A stretch of DNA of 64,000 nt from Candidatus Latescibacterota bacterium (GCA_965215195.1 CBDCDC010000002.1:1792001-1856000); one strand, 5' to 3'; shown: positions 39,066-48,368, counted from the first letter of the stretch. Notes: generated by a model from the sequence alone, not told the origin. Made by a program: numbers and translations.

Positions 39066-39722
39066 ATGAAAAGGGATCGCAGTAGCCATAGTGGGCTCAA
39101 TTTCTGGCCTTCTTTCACGGACGCAATCACGGCTATTTTCATTTGCGTCACTTTTTTTCTCGTCGTGATGGTGATCAAGAATTACGTGGACCTGAGCCGC
39201 TTGCGTGCGCTGAAAGAACTGGTGGGTAAGATAGAGAAGGATCTCGACGAGTTAGAAGAATTCATGGGAGGAGAGGACGTCACCGTAGAAGAAGGTACGA
39301 TTGTAATGCGTAGTGATATCCTGTTCTCTTTTGATGAATCCGCTCTTGATGATATTCCCGTCGAAGGGCAAAATCAGCTCAGGCGAATAGGTCAAAAATT
39401 AAAGCAGTTTATTGAAAAAAAAGACAGTAAATTGTTCAGTATTGTGGTAGAGGGCCACACCGACAGTTACGGCGAGAGGGAATACAACCGCATTTTATCC
39501 CTGAAACGATCTCAAACTGTGGTGGACTATTGGGAGCAGGTCGACTTCACTTGGGAAAATTTCGATATCGTCCCGGTTGGCTTAGGCGAGCGGGAGCTGG
39601 TTGTTTTAACCGGAACAAAGGATGAACAGTCCCCTAACCGACGTATCGTGATCCGATTGGTGCCTAAATTTAGCCAACTAATCCAGAGCCTGAAGGAGCA
39701 GAACATCCTACTGAGGGATTAG
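39066..39722 (+). CDS. ZorB/MotB-like protein with OmpA-like peptidoglycan-binding domain
   Basis: FWPSFTD TM with conserved Asp; DILFSFD, VEGHTD, NRILSLKRS, NRRIVI. Confidence 0.88.
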   Translation: MKRDRSSHSGLNFWPSFTDAITAIFICVTFFLVVMVIKNYVDLSRLRALKELVGKIEKDLDELEEFMGGEDVTVEEGTIVMRSDILFSFDESALDDIPVEGQNQLRRIGQKLKQFIEKKDSKLFSIVVEGHTDSYGEREYNRILSLKRSQTVVDYWEQVDFTWENFDIVPVGLGERELVVLTGTKDEQSPNRRIVIRLVPKFSQLIQSLKEQNILLRD

Positions 39723-39965
39723 CAGTGCTCTGTCATAAGTGCTAGCTAAACTGCTCTTGGAACGGCGCACGGCCTTCCATTAGCGTTAGAGGCTGTCCTA
39801 ACGCCCAGCGGCAAAATTATCCGCCGCTGAACGCCGATGCGGAAGGACGCCCACTTCCGCGCCGACTCTCACCCCGATCTAGCTGTTGCGGGATCGAGAA
39901 GTAGCGGGCGACGTGGACTGTGCACTCTTGACAGATTCCAACGCAGCCCTTTTAATAGCCCAAGC

Positions 39966-40160
39966 AAATAACGGCGCAGGTGTCCGCTGTTAGACGCAGC
40001 GGAAGAATAGGGAAGGCAGTGCAAATCTGCCGCGGTCCCGCCACTGTGATCGGTTGACGGCCCACCGGCCGTCGCGTCCCCGACATCAGCCACTGATCCC
40101 CACGTGGATCGGGAAGGAGTCGGGCGGCACATAACCGGAAGTCAGGAGACCTGCCTGCGC
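39966..40160 (+). promoter_or_regulatory. Cobalamin riboswitch
   Basis: GCGCAGGTG...AATAGGGAAGGCAGTGCAAATCTGCCGCGGTCCCGCCACTGTGA...GCCACTG...GGGAAGG...AAGTCAGGAGACCTGCCTGCGC (B12 box), upstream of btu genes. Confidence 0.93.
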
Positions 40161-40199
40161 TGAGGTGAAGACTCCTTCGGCAGAAAGGTTGGTCCACCG

Positions 40200-42464
40200 G
40201 TGCCTAGCACAAGCACCCAGACCCGCTCTCATTCGAGGGTGGGCTTTTTTATTGTTGTTCTCTCACTGGCCCTGCATCCCGAAGCTCTCTTGGCCGGGTC
40301 TCTACAGGGCCGGTTGCTCGACCCGGACGCGGGTCGCCCTGTGTCCGGTGCCGTAGTGACGCTGAGTGTCCCATCCGGCGCAGTCCGCTCCGTCCGCAGC
40401 GATACGACCGGCTCCTTCCGCCTCGAAAACCTGTCGACAGGCACTTGGGATGTGCGCGTGGAGCGGCTGGGTTACCGGCTTCTGCAAGGCCGCATCCAGA
40501 TCGGCGCATCCCCCACCTCAGTTGAGTTGCACCTGCAATCCCTGCCCATGCTCATGGACGCGCTGGTGGTCCGCGCCCGGCGCAACCCCGAAGGCAAGCA
40601 CGTTGCCTCTTTCGTCGAAACCATCGCCTTGGGCAACCAGCGTACTCCCGGCGCGGACCTAGCTCAGATCCTCGACCGCGCCGTGGGCGTCAACACGCGG
40701 CGCTATGGAGGGCTAGGCGCATTCAGTACGCTTTCCATTCGCGGTTCCACCGCCGAACAGGTCCAAGTTTTCCTCGACGGGGTGCCGCTCAACGCGGCTG
40801 TTGGCGGAGGAGTTGATTTGGGCAGCTTACCCGTGGGTGGCGTGGAGAGCGTCGATATATACCGGGGCGCGGTGCCGGCGCGCTTTGGCGGCAACAGCCT
40901 CGGGGGCGTGGTCCACATCCGCACTCGGCCACTCGGCGGCAAGGTTCGTACGCGCTTGCACACGGCCACCGGTTCGCACAGCACCCGCCAACTGGGGGCC
41001 TCGCTCAGCGGCCCTTATAGGGGCTGGGAGTACTTGGGCTTGGTCAACTACCGAGTTAGTCGCAACGACTTCCGCTTTTGGGACGACAACGGCACCGAGT
41101 ACAATGCCCAAGACGACGGCTGGGCGCGGCGGCTCAACAGCGATTTTCGCGGCTTGCGCGGCCTATCCAAAATCGGGCGCAGCTTGGGTGCCAGCCGCTT
41201 GCAAGTCCACAGCATCTTTGACCTGAGCTACAAAGGTATCCCCGGCCTTGGCAACAACCAGTCCCGGCACACTCGCTACGACACCTGGCGTCATGTCGCC
41301 GAAGCTGCGCTCTTCGGTCCGCTGGGCGATGGTCGCGCCGGATACCGGATTAAAGCCCACCATTCCCGCGAAAAAGACGAGTACCGGGATCGGCGCGGCG
41401 AAGTGGGTTTGGGTCGCCAACACGACCGCAACATCACCCAGAGCTTGGGCCTGCGCGGCGAAGTGAATGCCCTGTTGCCCGGCCAGTCTTTGCTCACCGC
41501 TTTTGTCGCGGCCCGGCGCGAAACTTTTGTACCCGACGATTTGCTGCGGCCCGACAGTCGGTTTTTGCGCAGTCGCCGCCGAGCCTTGGCCGTTGGGACC
41601 GAGGTGGAGGTGCCGTTGGGGCCGCGCTTGACCTTTAATGCTGGTACGCAGGCAGAAGGGCTTGACGACCGCTTTTTCGACCGGAAGAACTTCGCTCCCA
41701 GCGCGGTGTTGCCGAGCCGGGACAACGGCGAAATCCTGTGGGGCCATCGCGTGGGCGCGGCCCTAGACTTAGGGGCTGGTTTGGCCCTCAAGGCCCACAA
41801 CGGTCGCTATCGGCGTGCGCCCAATTTCTTTGAACTCTTCGGCGACCGGGGTGCGGTGATCGGCAATACCGATCTCGTCGGTGAAGAAGGGCACAACTGG
41901 GATCTGGGTTTGGTTTTTCGCGGTCCGGTCGACGGAGTGGGGCTGACCTTGGCCGAGGTGGTGTACTATCACAAGCGCGTCGAAAACCTCATTCGCTTTA
42001 TGCAAAACTCGCAGCGGGTGTCGCGGCCCCACAATGTGGGCCGGGCCTTGCTGCGCGGCGTGGAGACGCGGATTGAAGCGCGGTTGTTGCCAAGGCTGGC
42101 ACTGCGCGGCAATTACGCGTACCAGCGGGCTGAAAATCGCACTCCGTTTTCTTTTGAACGGGGCAATGACCTGCCCAATGCGCCGCGCCATCGGCTCAAT
42201 ACGCACGTCTCCTTCGACCTAGGTCGTGCGGAGCTGTACGGAGAATTTAGTCGCGAAAGCCGGCATTTTCTCGACCGGGCCAATCTGCGGACTGTGCCCG
42301 TCCGCACCCTGTACAACCTCGGCGGAACCTTGCCGCTGGTCGAGGGCATTTCCTTGTCTTGGGAGTTGCACAACCTGACCGACAATCAAGTCGCCGATCT
42401 GTGGGGCTATCCGCTGCCGGGCCGCTCGTATGGGGTTTCTATGCACTATGCTACGTACCAGTAG
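40200..42464 (+). CDS. btuB: TonB-dependent receptor, probable cobalamin transporter
   Basis: N-terminal beta-sandwich, plug SIRGSTAEQVQVFLDGVP, VESVDIYRG, GGVVHI, YPLPGRS; riboswitch upstream. Confidence 0.85.
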   Translation: MPSTSTQTRSHSRVGFFIVVLSLALHPEALLAGSLQGRLLDPDAGRPVSGAVVTLSVPSGAVRSVRSDTTGSFRLENLSTGTWDVRVERLGYRLLQGRIQIGASPTSVELHLQSLPMLMDALVVRARRNPEGKHVASFVETIALGNQRTPGADLAQILDRAVGVNTRRYGGLGAFSTLSIRGSTAEQVQVFLDGVPLNAAVGGGVDLGSLPVGGVESVDIYRGAVPARFGGNSLGGVVHIRTRPLGGKVRTRLHTATGSHSTRQLGASLSGPYRGWEYLGLVNYRVSRNDFRFWDDNGTEYNAQDDGWARRLNSDFRGLRGLSKIGRSLGASRLQVHSIFDLSYKGIPGLGNNQSRHTRYDTWRHVAEAALFGPLGDGRAGYRIKAHHSREKDEYRDRRGEVGLGRQHDRNITQSLGLRGEVNALLPGQSLLTAFVAARRETFVPDDLLRPDSRFLRSRRRALAVGTEVEVPLGPRLTFNAGTQAEGLDDRFFDRKNFAPSAVLPSRDNGEILWGHRVGAALDLGAGLALKAHNGRYRRAPNFFELFGDRGAVIGNTDLVGEEGHNWDLGLVFRGPVDGVGLTLAEVVYYHKRVENLIRFMQNSQRVSRPHNVGRALLRGVETRIEARLLPRLALRGNYAYQRAENRTPFSFERGNDLPNAPRHRLNTHVSFDLGRAELYGEFSRESRHFLDRANLRTVPVRTLYNLGGTLPLVEGISLSWELHNLTDNQVADLWGYPLPGRSYGVSMHYATYQ

Positions 42465-42506
42465 CGGGGTGCCGGGCCGACGCACAGTCAGACCATTGGT
42501 TGGAAC

Positions 42507-42630
42507 CTTAGTACACGACAGTAGGGCCTTAACCTCGGATCGAGGGCATCTTGCCCTCGTCGAGGGCGGGACGCCCTCGATCCCGGACTCATCGCCCATC
42601 AACGACAAGTTATTGGTGTCGTGTAGTTAG
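42507..42630. mobile_element. MITE, 124 bp, same family as 4037-4168
   Basis: Ends CTTAGTACACGACA / TGTCGTGTAGTTAG; exact 9-bp TSD GGTTGGAAC at 42498-42506 and 42631-42639; carries the REP hairpin. Confidence 0.85.
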
Positions 42631-42761
42631 GGTTGGAACATAAGCCCTGCGTGTCGGCCCGGTGGGAACGTAGGGGCCGGTAATTAGCGGGCCGAAGGGC
42701 GACCACAAGGGATGACGACGTTTATGAGACAACTTCTAACCACTAACCAAGGAGGATTTTC

Positions 42762-44168
42762 GTGTACCGCATTTCCATTTTAGCCGCCTTTTTGCTGCTG
42801 GCGAACTCGTCGTCGGCCCAGAGCGACCTCTTCGTCATCACCACGGACTTTGCCACTGGCAGCACGGCTTTTTTGGCCGCAAATGCTGCCGAAGCCGAGG
42901 TGAATCTGCTGGGCATCCACGCGGACGCAGTGGGGCACTACCACGACGGCCGCGTCTATATCGTCAACCGCTTGGGGCAGGACAATATCTTGGTGCTGGA
43001 CGCGATGGATTGGCGTACGCCGCTGACGCAGTTTTCGGTGGGCAATGGCACCAACCCGCACGACATTGAGATCGTCGCACCCGACAAGGCGTACATTTCG
43101 CGCTACGACGCGGCGTCCCTGCTGATCGTCAATCCCCAAGATGGCGCGGAATTGGGCCAAATCGATCTGAGTGCTTTCGCCGACGCGGATGGCCTGCCCG
43201 AGGTGTCGCAAATCGTCCGCGTGGGCGAGCGGCTGTACTTGAGTTGCCAACGCCTCGATCGCAATAGCGGGTGGGGACCGGCCGACATTAGCTACCTGAT
43301 CGTCGTCGATCTGACGACGGACACCTTGGTTGACGTGGACCCGGACGCCGAGGGCGTACAAGGGATCGCGCTGAGCGCTGGCAATCCCAACAGCATGGCC
43401 GTGGTCGGCGAGCAGATCGCCGTGGGGGGAGTGGTCAATTTCGGCGACCGGGCTGGCGGCGTGGAAATCGTCGATGTGGCTACCAACCGCAGCCTCGGAC
43501 TGGCCGTCAGAGAGGAGGACTTGGGCGGCGATATCGCGTCCGTGGTACTCGTCGATCAAAACCGGGGCTATGCCGTAGTCACGGACGCGAATTTTGCCAA
43601 CAGCGTCCGGCCCTTTGATTTGTCCAGCGGTACGGTGGGTGCGCCTTTAGAAAATATCAGCGGCGGTTTTATCCCCAGCTTGGCGGTAGATGGCGACCGC
43701 TTAATCGTGGCCGATCGCGGCAGTTTCGACGATCCGGCCAGCGCGGGACTCAAATTCTACGACGCGGCCACCGGAGCTTTTCTGCGCGGCCCTATCGACA
43801 CCGGCCTGCCGCCAGCGAATATCGTGGTCTTGGGCGATGCTGCCATCCCTACGGCTGTGGAGGAGACTGCCGACACTCGCTTGCCGCAGGAATTCGCCTT
43901 GGAAGCGGCCTATCCCAATCCCTTCAACGCCGCGGTGCAGATTCCCTTTGCGGTCTGGCAGGCCAACGCGCCGGTCGAATTGACCGTCCACGACGTCTTG
44001 GGCCGCACCATCCGCACTCTGACTTTTGGTACGGTGGCCGCCGGGTGGCACGTTCTCCACTGGGACGGTCGCAATGCCGCCGGCGAAACGGTGAGCAACG
44101 GCGCGTATCTGGTGCAGTTGCGCGTTGGCGGTCGACGGGCTGTGGGCAAGGTGATGTTGATCAAATGA
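42762..44168 (+). CDS. Secreted YncE/BtuG-like beta-propeller with C-terminal FlgD-Ig sorting-like domain
   Basis: GTNPHDI, KAYISRY, DADGLPE; tail AYPNPFN...WDGRN...GAYLVQL. Confidence 0.75.
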   Translation: MYRISILAAFLLLANSSSAQSDLFVITTDFATGSTAFLAANAAEAEVNLLGIHADAVGHYHDGRVYIVNRLGQDNILVLDAMDWRTPLTQFSVGNGTNPHDIEIVAPDKAYISRYDAASLLIVNPQDGAELGQIDLSAFADADGLPEVSQIVRVGERLYLSCQRLDRNSGWGPADISYLIVVDLTTDTLVDVDPDAEGVQGIALSAGNPNSMAVVGEQIAVGGVVNFGDRAGGVEIVDVATNRSLGLAVREEDLGGDIASVVLVDQNRGYAVVTDANFANSVRPFDLSSGTVGAPLENISGGFIPSLAVDGDRLIVADRGSFDDPASAGLKFYDAATGAFLRGPIDTGLPPANIVVLGDAAIPTAVEETADTRLPQEFALEAAYPNPFNAAVQIPFAVWQANAPVELTVHDVLGRTIRTLTFGTVAAGWHVLHWDGRNAAGETVSNGAYLVQLRVGGRRAVGKVMLIK

Positions 44169-44251
44169 CTAACATTACGCACGGGCACCTAGGTATTAGA
44201 TGCTGAGCGCAGCGAAGCATCCCATACCTAATGGCCTTTGCGTAACGTCAG
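44169..44251. repeat. Short inverted-repeat element (degenerate MITE)
   Basis: CTAACATTACGCA ... TGCGTAACGTCAG; the right end recurs near 53122; internal GCTGAGCGCAGCGAAGC hairpin resembles 29551-29573. Confidence 0.55.
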
Positions 44252-44271
44252 CTAAGTGAAAGGCAACAGGC

Positions 44272-44832
44272 ATGGTTACGCTATCTAAGCTCTACACCAA
44301 GACCGGCGATGGCGGCATGACGCGGCTGGGCGATATGTCGCAAGTGCCCAAGACGAGCACCCGCATCGCTGCCTATGGGTGCGTGGATGAGTTGAACTCG
44401 GTGATCGGGCTGGCTCGGGCCAGCGGCGCGGAGCACGACGACATCCTCGCCCGGGTGCAAAACGATCTCTTCGACGTGGGGGCGGATTTGTGCGTCCCGC
44501 CAGCCGATGATGAACGCCTGCGCGTCCAGCCGCAGCAGGTCCTGTTCCTAGAGCAGCAAATTGACGATCTCACGCGGGACTTGGCTCCCTTGCGGAGCTT
44601 TATCTTGCCTGGGGGACGGCTTCCCGCTGCTTGGCTTCACTTGGCGCGGACGGTGTGTCGGCGCGCCGAGCGCGCAGCTTGGCACCTCGCGGAGCAAGAG
44701 CCGGTCGGCCAGCCAGTTCTCCAGTATCTCAACCGGCTCTCCGATTTGCTCTTCGCCATGGCGCGGGTCGCCAACGACAGCGGGAAGGCGGATGTGTTGT
44801 GGCAGCCGGGGGAAGGCGCGGACGATGCGTAA
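44272..44832 (+). CDS. PduO-type cob(I)alamin adenosyltransferase
   Basis: LYTKTGDGG, YGCVDELNS, FILPGG, RTVCRRAER, YLNRLSD. Confidence 0.93.
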   Translation: MVTLSKLYTKTGDGGMTRLGDMSQVPKTSTRIAAYGCVDELNSVIGLARASGAEHDDILARVQNDLFDVGADLCVPPADDERLRVQPQQVLFLEQQIDDLTRDLAPLRSFILPGGRLPAAWLHLARTVCRRAERAAWHLAEQEPVGQPVLQYLNRLSDLLFAMARVANDSGKADVLWQPGEGADDA

Positions 44833-44871
44833 GTGGCTCTTGGTAGGGTCGATTTTTGGTGGAGGTGTTTG

Positions 44872-46029
44872 ATGCACAAGGTGTGTTTTTGGGCTTGGAT
44901 GATCCTCGGCGTACCGGCGGCGAACTGGGCCGACTGCGTCGATACGTACGATCCGGCGCAGGACTATTTTCCCCACAAGGCCGAGCTGCAATACGCCGAG
45001 AGCTTTTCGATTGAATACTTCGGCAACTACAAAGTGATCACCGTGCACACCCCGTGGCCCGGTGCCCAAGAAGCCGTCCAGTACTTATTGGTCCAGTGCG
45101 GCACCCCCGCACCCGACGGGTACGAGGGCATTCAGCGCATCCCAGTACCCATCCGTCGCCTCGCGGCCCTATCGACCACGCAATTGCCGCATCTCGAATT
45201 GCTCAACGCCCTCGAAAACCTAGTCGCGGTCAGCGACATTGAGCTGGTGCATTCGCCCGGCGTCAACCAGCGCTTTGCGGCCGGCAAAATCGCCGAAATC
45301 GGCCACGGTGCCGGGATCAACCTTGAAGTAGTGCTGGAATTGGAAACCGACGTGGTAATGACTGTGGCCTCGGCTCAATCCCAGTACCATGCCCATCCGG
45401 TCTTGCAGCAAGCCGGCGTGGTCGTGGCCATCAACGCCGAGTACACCGAGCCTTCCCTGTTGGGCCGCACCGAGTGGCTCAAGTTCACGGCGGCCTTTTT
45501 CAATGCCGAGGCCCTAGCGGAAGAACGCTTTGCCGACATTGCGGCCCAGTACCAGCAATACGCGGCCTTGGTGCGGGATGTGCCAATGGCCCAACGTCCC
45601 ACCGTGTTCGGCGGCTCCCTCTGGCGCGACACTTGGCACGTGTCGGGCGGCAAGAGCTACGCAGCGCAATTGATCGCCGCGGCGGGCGGCGCGTACCTGT
45701 GGGCCGACGACGATTCCGCGGGGAGCTTGCCCTTGGATTTTGAGGCCGTGTACGAAAAGGCCCACGCGGCCGACATTTGGCTGACCATGCGCAACGAATG
45801 GCACTCGCTGGCCGAGGTGCAGGCCGCGGACGAGCGCTACGCCGCGCTGGCCGCGTTCAACAGCGGCCGGGTCTACAATGCCAACGCCCGGCTCAACGCG
45901 CACGGCGGCAACGACTACTGGGAAAGCGGCCTTGCCGAACCCCATATCGCGTTGGCCGATGTTATAAAAATCCTGCATCCCGATCTCCTGACGGACCACG
46001 CGCTCAAGTTCTATAAAAAACTAGACTGA
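44872..46029 (+). CDS. btuF: Cobalamin/Fe-siderophore ABC substrate-binding protein
   Basis: EPSLLGRTEWLKF, GGNDYWESG, LADVIKILHP; context. Confidence 0.8.
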   Translation: MHKVCFWAWMILGVPAANWADCVDTYDPAQDYFPHKAELQYAESFSIEYFGNYKVITVHTPWPGAQEAVQYLLVQCGTPAPDGYEGIQRIPVPIRRLAALSTTQLPHLELLNALENLVAVSDIELVHSPGVNQRFAAGKIAEIGHGAGINLEVVLELETDVVMTVASAQSQYHAHPVLQQAGVVVAINAEYTEPSLLGRTEWLKFTAAFFNAEALAEERFADIAAQYQQYAALVRDVPMAQRPTVFGGSLWRDTWHVSGGKSYAAQLIAAAGGAYLWADDDSAGSLPLDFEAVYEKAHAADIWLTMRNEWHSLAEVQAADERYAALAAFNSGRVYNANARLNAHGGNDYWESGLAEPHIALADVIKILHPDLLTDHALKFYKKLD

Positions 46030-46035
46030 GACGCC

Positions 46036-47097
46036 GTGGCGACTGCTTCTACTACCCCTTGGCCTCGGCTGGGTCCGTTCCTCGGGATGGCTGCGGCCTT
46101 GCTCGGCTTTTTTGCGCTCAGTCTGGGCGTGGGGTCGGTGTCCATTCCGCTCGATGCGGTGCTCGCCATCCTGTGGGGTGCAACCGACCAAAAGCCGAGT
46201 TGGAGCCACATCATCTACGCGATCCGCCTGCCGCGCGCACTCACCGCGCTATTGGCCGGCGCGGCCCTGAGCGCCAGCGGTTTGCAAATGCAAACCCTAT
46301 TCCGCAATCCCCTCGCCGATCCCTTCATCCTCGGCATCAGCGCCGGAGCCAGTCTGGGCGTGGCATTGGTCGTCTTGGGCACGGGCGTCACCGGGGCCGG
46401 GCTGCTGGTCGGTCTGGGGCTTTTGGGCCAAGTCGGCGTAGTCGCTGCGGCCGTGGCTGGGGCGGCGCTGGTGCTGGGCTTGGTGCTGTTCGCGGGGCGG
46501 CGCGTACAGCACACCATGACCCTGCTCATCCTCGGCCTCATGTTCGGCTATCTGACCAGTGCCGTGGTCAGCGTGTTGCTCTACTTCAGCATCCCCGAAC
46601 AGGTGCAAACGTATGTCCTGTGGACTTTTGGCAGCTTTGGCGCGGTCGCTTGGGGTCAACTCACCTTTTTAGCGCCGGTGGTGCTGGCCGGTCTGGGGAT
46701 TGCCGGTCTGTTGGTCAAACCGCTCAATGCCCTGCTGCTCGGAGAGACCTATGCGCGCAGCATGGGCTTAGGTGTGCGGCGGGCGCGAGTGTGGATCATT
46801 GCGAGTGCCGCGCTGCTGGCGGGCGCGGTCACGGCCTATTGCGGTCCCATTGGCTTTTTGGGCGTGGCCGTGCCGCATTTGTGCCGCGCCCTCTTCAATA
46901 CCTCGGACCACCGCGTACTGCTGCCGGCCAGCGTGCTGTTGGGCGGCATTTTGGCCCTGAGCGCGGATCTGGTGGCCCGTCTGCCCGGCAGCGAGGCCGC
47001 TCTGCCGCTCAACGCGGTCACCGCTCTGATCGGCGCGCCCGTGGTCACTTGGATCATCCTGCGCCGCCGCACGCTGCGGCAGGCCCTTGCCGCCTGA
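46036..47097 (+). CDS. btuC: Cobalamin/Fe ABC permease
   Basis: IRLPRA, FRNPLADP, LGETYARSMG, GPIGFLG. Confidence 0.85.
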   Translation: MATASTTPWPRLGPFLGMAAALLGFFALSLGVGSVSIPLDAVLAILWGATDQKPSWSHIIYAIRLPRALTALLAGAALSASGLQMQTLFRNPLADPFILGISAGASLGVALVVLGTGVTGAGLLVGLGLLGQVGVVAAAVAGAALVLGLVLFAGRRVQHTMTLLILGLMFGYLTSAVVSVLLYFSIPEQVQTYVLWTFGSFGAVAWGQLTFLAPVVLAGLGIAGLLVKPLNALLLGETYARSMGLGVRRARVWIIASAALLAGAVTAYCGPIGFLGVAVPHLCRALFNTSDHRVLLPASVLLGGILALSADLVARLPGSEAALPLNAVTALIGAPVVTWIILRRRTLRQALAA

Positions 47098-47102
47098 ACG
47101 CC

Positions 47103-48104
47103 GTGGCCGCGACCATTCTACAAACGCGCGGCTTGTGCATTGGCTACGCGCCCAAGCGCCGCCCGCGCATGGCCGTGGCCGCGGACATTGGCGTGGAATT
47201 GCTCAAGGGGGAACTCGTCTGCCTGTTGGGTCCCAATGGCGCGGGCAAATCCACGCTCCTGCGCACGCTGGCTGGCCTGCAAAAGCCGCTGGCCGGCGAG
47301 GTGCTTCTCGAAGGCCGCGACCTGCACGGGCTGACCGAGAGCGAGCGGGCGCGCCTGCTGGGCTTAGTCCTGACCGAGCGGGTGGATGTGGGCAACCTGT
47401 CGGCCTACGCTCTGGTGGCGCTGGGGCGTTACCCGTACACCGGCTGGGACGGTCGCCTTTCCTCTGCGGACGAAGCGGTGGTGCGCTGGGCTATTGACGC
47501 GGTGGGGGCTAGAGACTTGGCCGCTCGCAGCGTCGGCGAATTGAGCGATGGCGAACGGCAAAAGGTGATGATTGCCCGCGCCTTGGCCCAAGAACCAGCC
47601 GTGCTCCTCCTCGACGAGCCTACGGCCTTTTTGGACTTGCCGCGGCGCGTCGAAATCGTGCAGTTGTTGCGCCGCTTGGCTGGTGACAGCGATCGCGCTG
47701 TCTTGCTTTCCACGCACGATTTGGACTTGGCCCTGCGCTGCGCCGACCGCCTCTATCTGCTGCCGCCGGACGGGCCTTTGCAAACCGGGGCACCGGAAGA
47801 CTTGGTGTTGAGCGGAGCTTTCCAGCGGACGTTTGCAGACGTGGAATTCGACCCGGCCATTGGTTCGTTCCATCTGGCGCACGAGCCGGAAGGCGCAGTC
47901 GGTTTGGTGGGAGAAGGGCTTCATGCCCTGTGGACGGCGCGGGCTTTGGAGCGGGCGGGGTTTTGCGTGGCGGAAGACGCGTCGACATGCGTTGAGATCA
48001 TCGAGGACAACGGCGACGCGACTTGGCGGCTTCACACGGCAACCGGCGAGCGCGTCTGCACCACCCTGTACGAGGTGGTCAAGTGCTTGAAACGGCACCT
48101 TTGA
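47103..48104 (+). CDS. btuD: Cobalamin/Fe ABC ATP-binding protein
   Basis: GPNGAGKST, LSDGERQ, LLDEPT; GTG start after the btuC stop. Confidence 0.85.
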   Translation: MAATILQTRGLCIGYAPKRRPRMAVAADIGVELLKGELVCLLGPNGAGKSTLLRTLAGLQKPLAGEVLLEGRDLHGLTESERARLLGLVLTERVDVGNLSAYALVALGRYPYTGWDGRLSSADEAVVRWAIDAVGARDLAARSVGELSDGERQKVMIARALAQEPAVLLLDEPTAFLDLPRRVEIVQLLRRLAGDSDRAVLLSTHDLDLALRCADRLYLLPPDGPLQTGAPEDLVLSGAFQRTFADVEFDPAIGSFHLAHEPEGAVGLVGEGLHALWTARALERAGFCVAEDASTCVEIIEDNGDATWRLHTATGERVCTTLYEVVKCLKRHL

Positions 48105-48138
48105 AATTGGAGCATGGAGCACGAAAGAGAACCTCTTA

Positions 48139-48281
48139 GAGGCAGTCTGAAAATTCGCGTCGGGCCGTTAGGGCCTAGGAGGGAGGGCGTCTCGCCCTCC
48201 ACCACGCGAGGGCAAGATGCCCTCGCACCCAAGCATCTAGGGGCCGCAGAGGACCGCACGAGGGGGTTTTCAGAACGCTTC
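48139..48281. mobile_element. MITE with IS5/IS1031-like ends, TTA target duplication
   Basis: GAGGCAGTCTGAAAA / TTTTCAGAACGCTTC, TTA at 48136-48138 and 48282-48284; internal GAGGGC...GCCCTC double hairpin. Confidence 0.75.
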
Positions 48282-48368
48282 TTAGAAAAGTCGATACAAA
48301 CGCCTACCGCGCCGTTTATACAGTCAAGATCGATAGGAGCCTTTACGTGCTTCATGCGTTGCGGCCCC

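Noticed and set aside
37242-39722. Flagellar motAB or exbBD/tolQR assignment
   Set aside because: The long ZorA-type tail, WPSFTD motif and lack of flagellar or TonB neighbours fit ZorAB better; proximity to btuB looks incidental because a riboswitch and a composition shift separate them.
42645-42712. GTAGGGGC...GGGCGACCACAAGGG REP-like remnant
   Set aside because: Single degenerate copy; boundaries cannot be defined.
46059-47102. 681-aa ABC ATPase with long N-terminal extension
   Set aside because: The extension overlaps btuC in another frame; the real start is probably GTG 47103.
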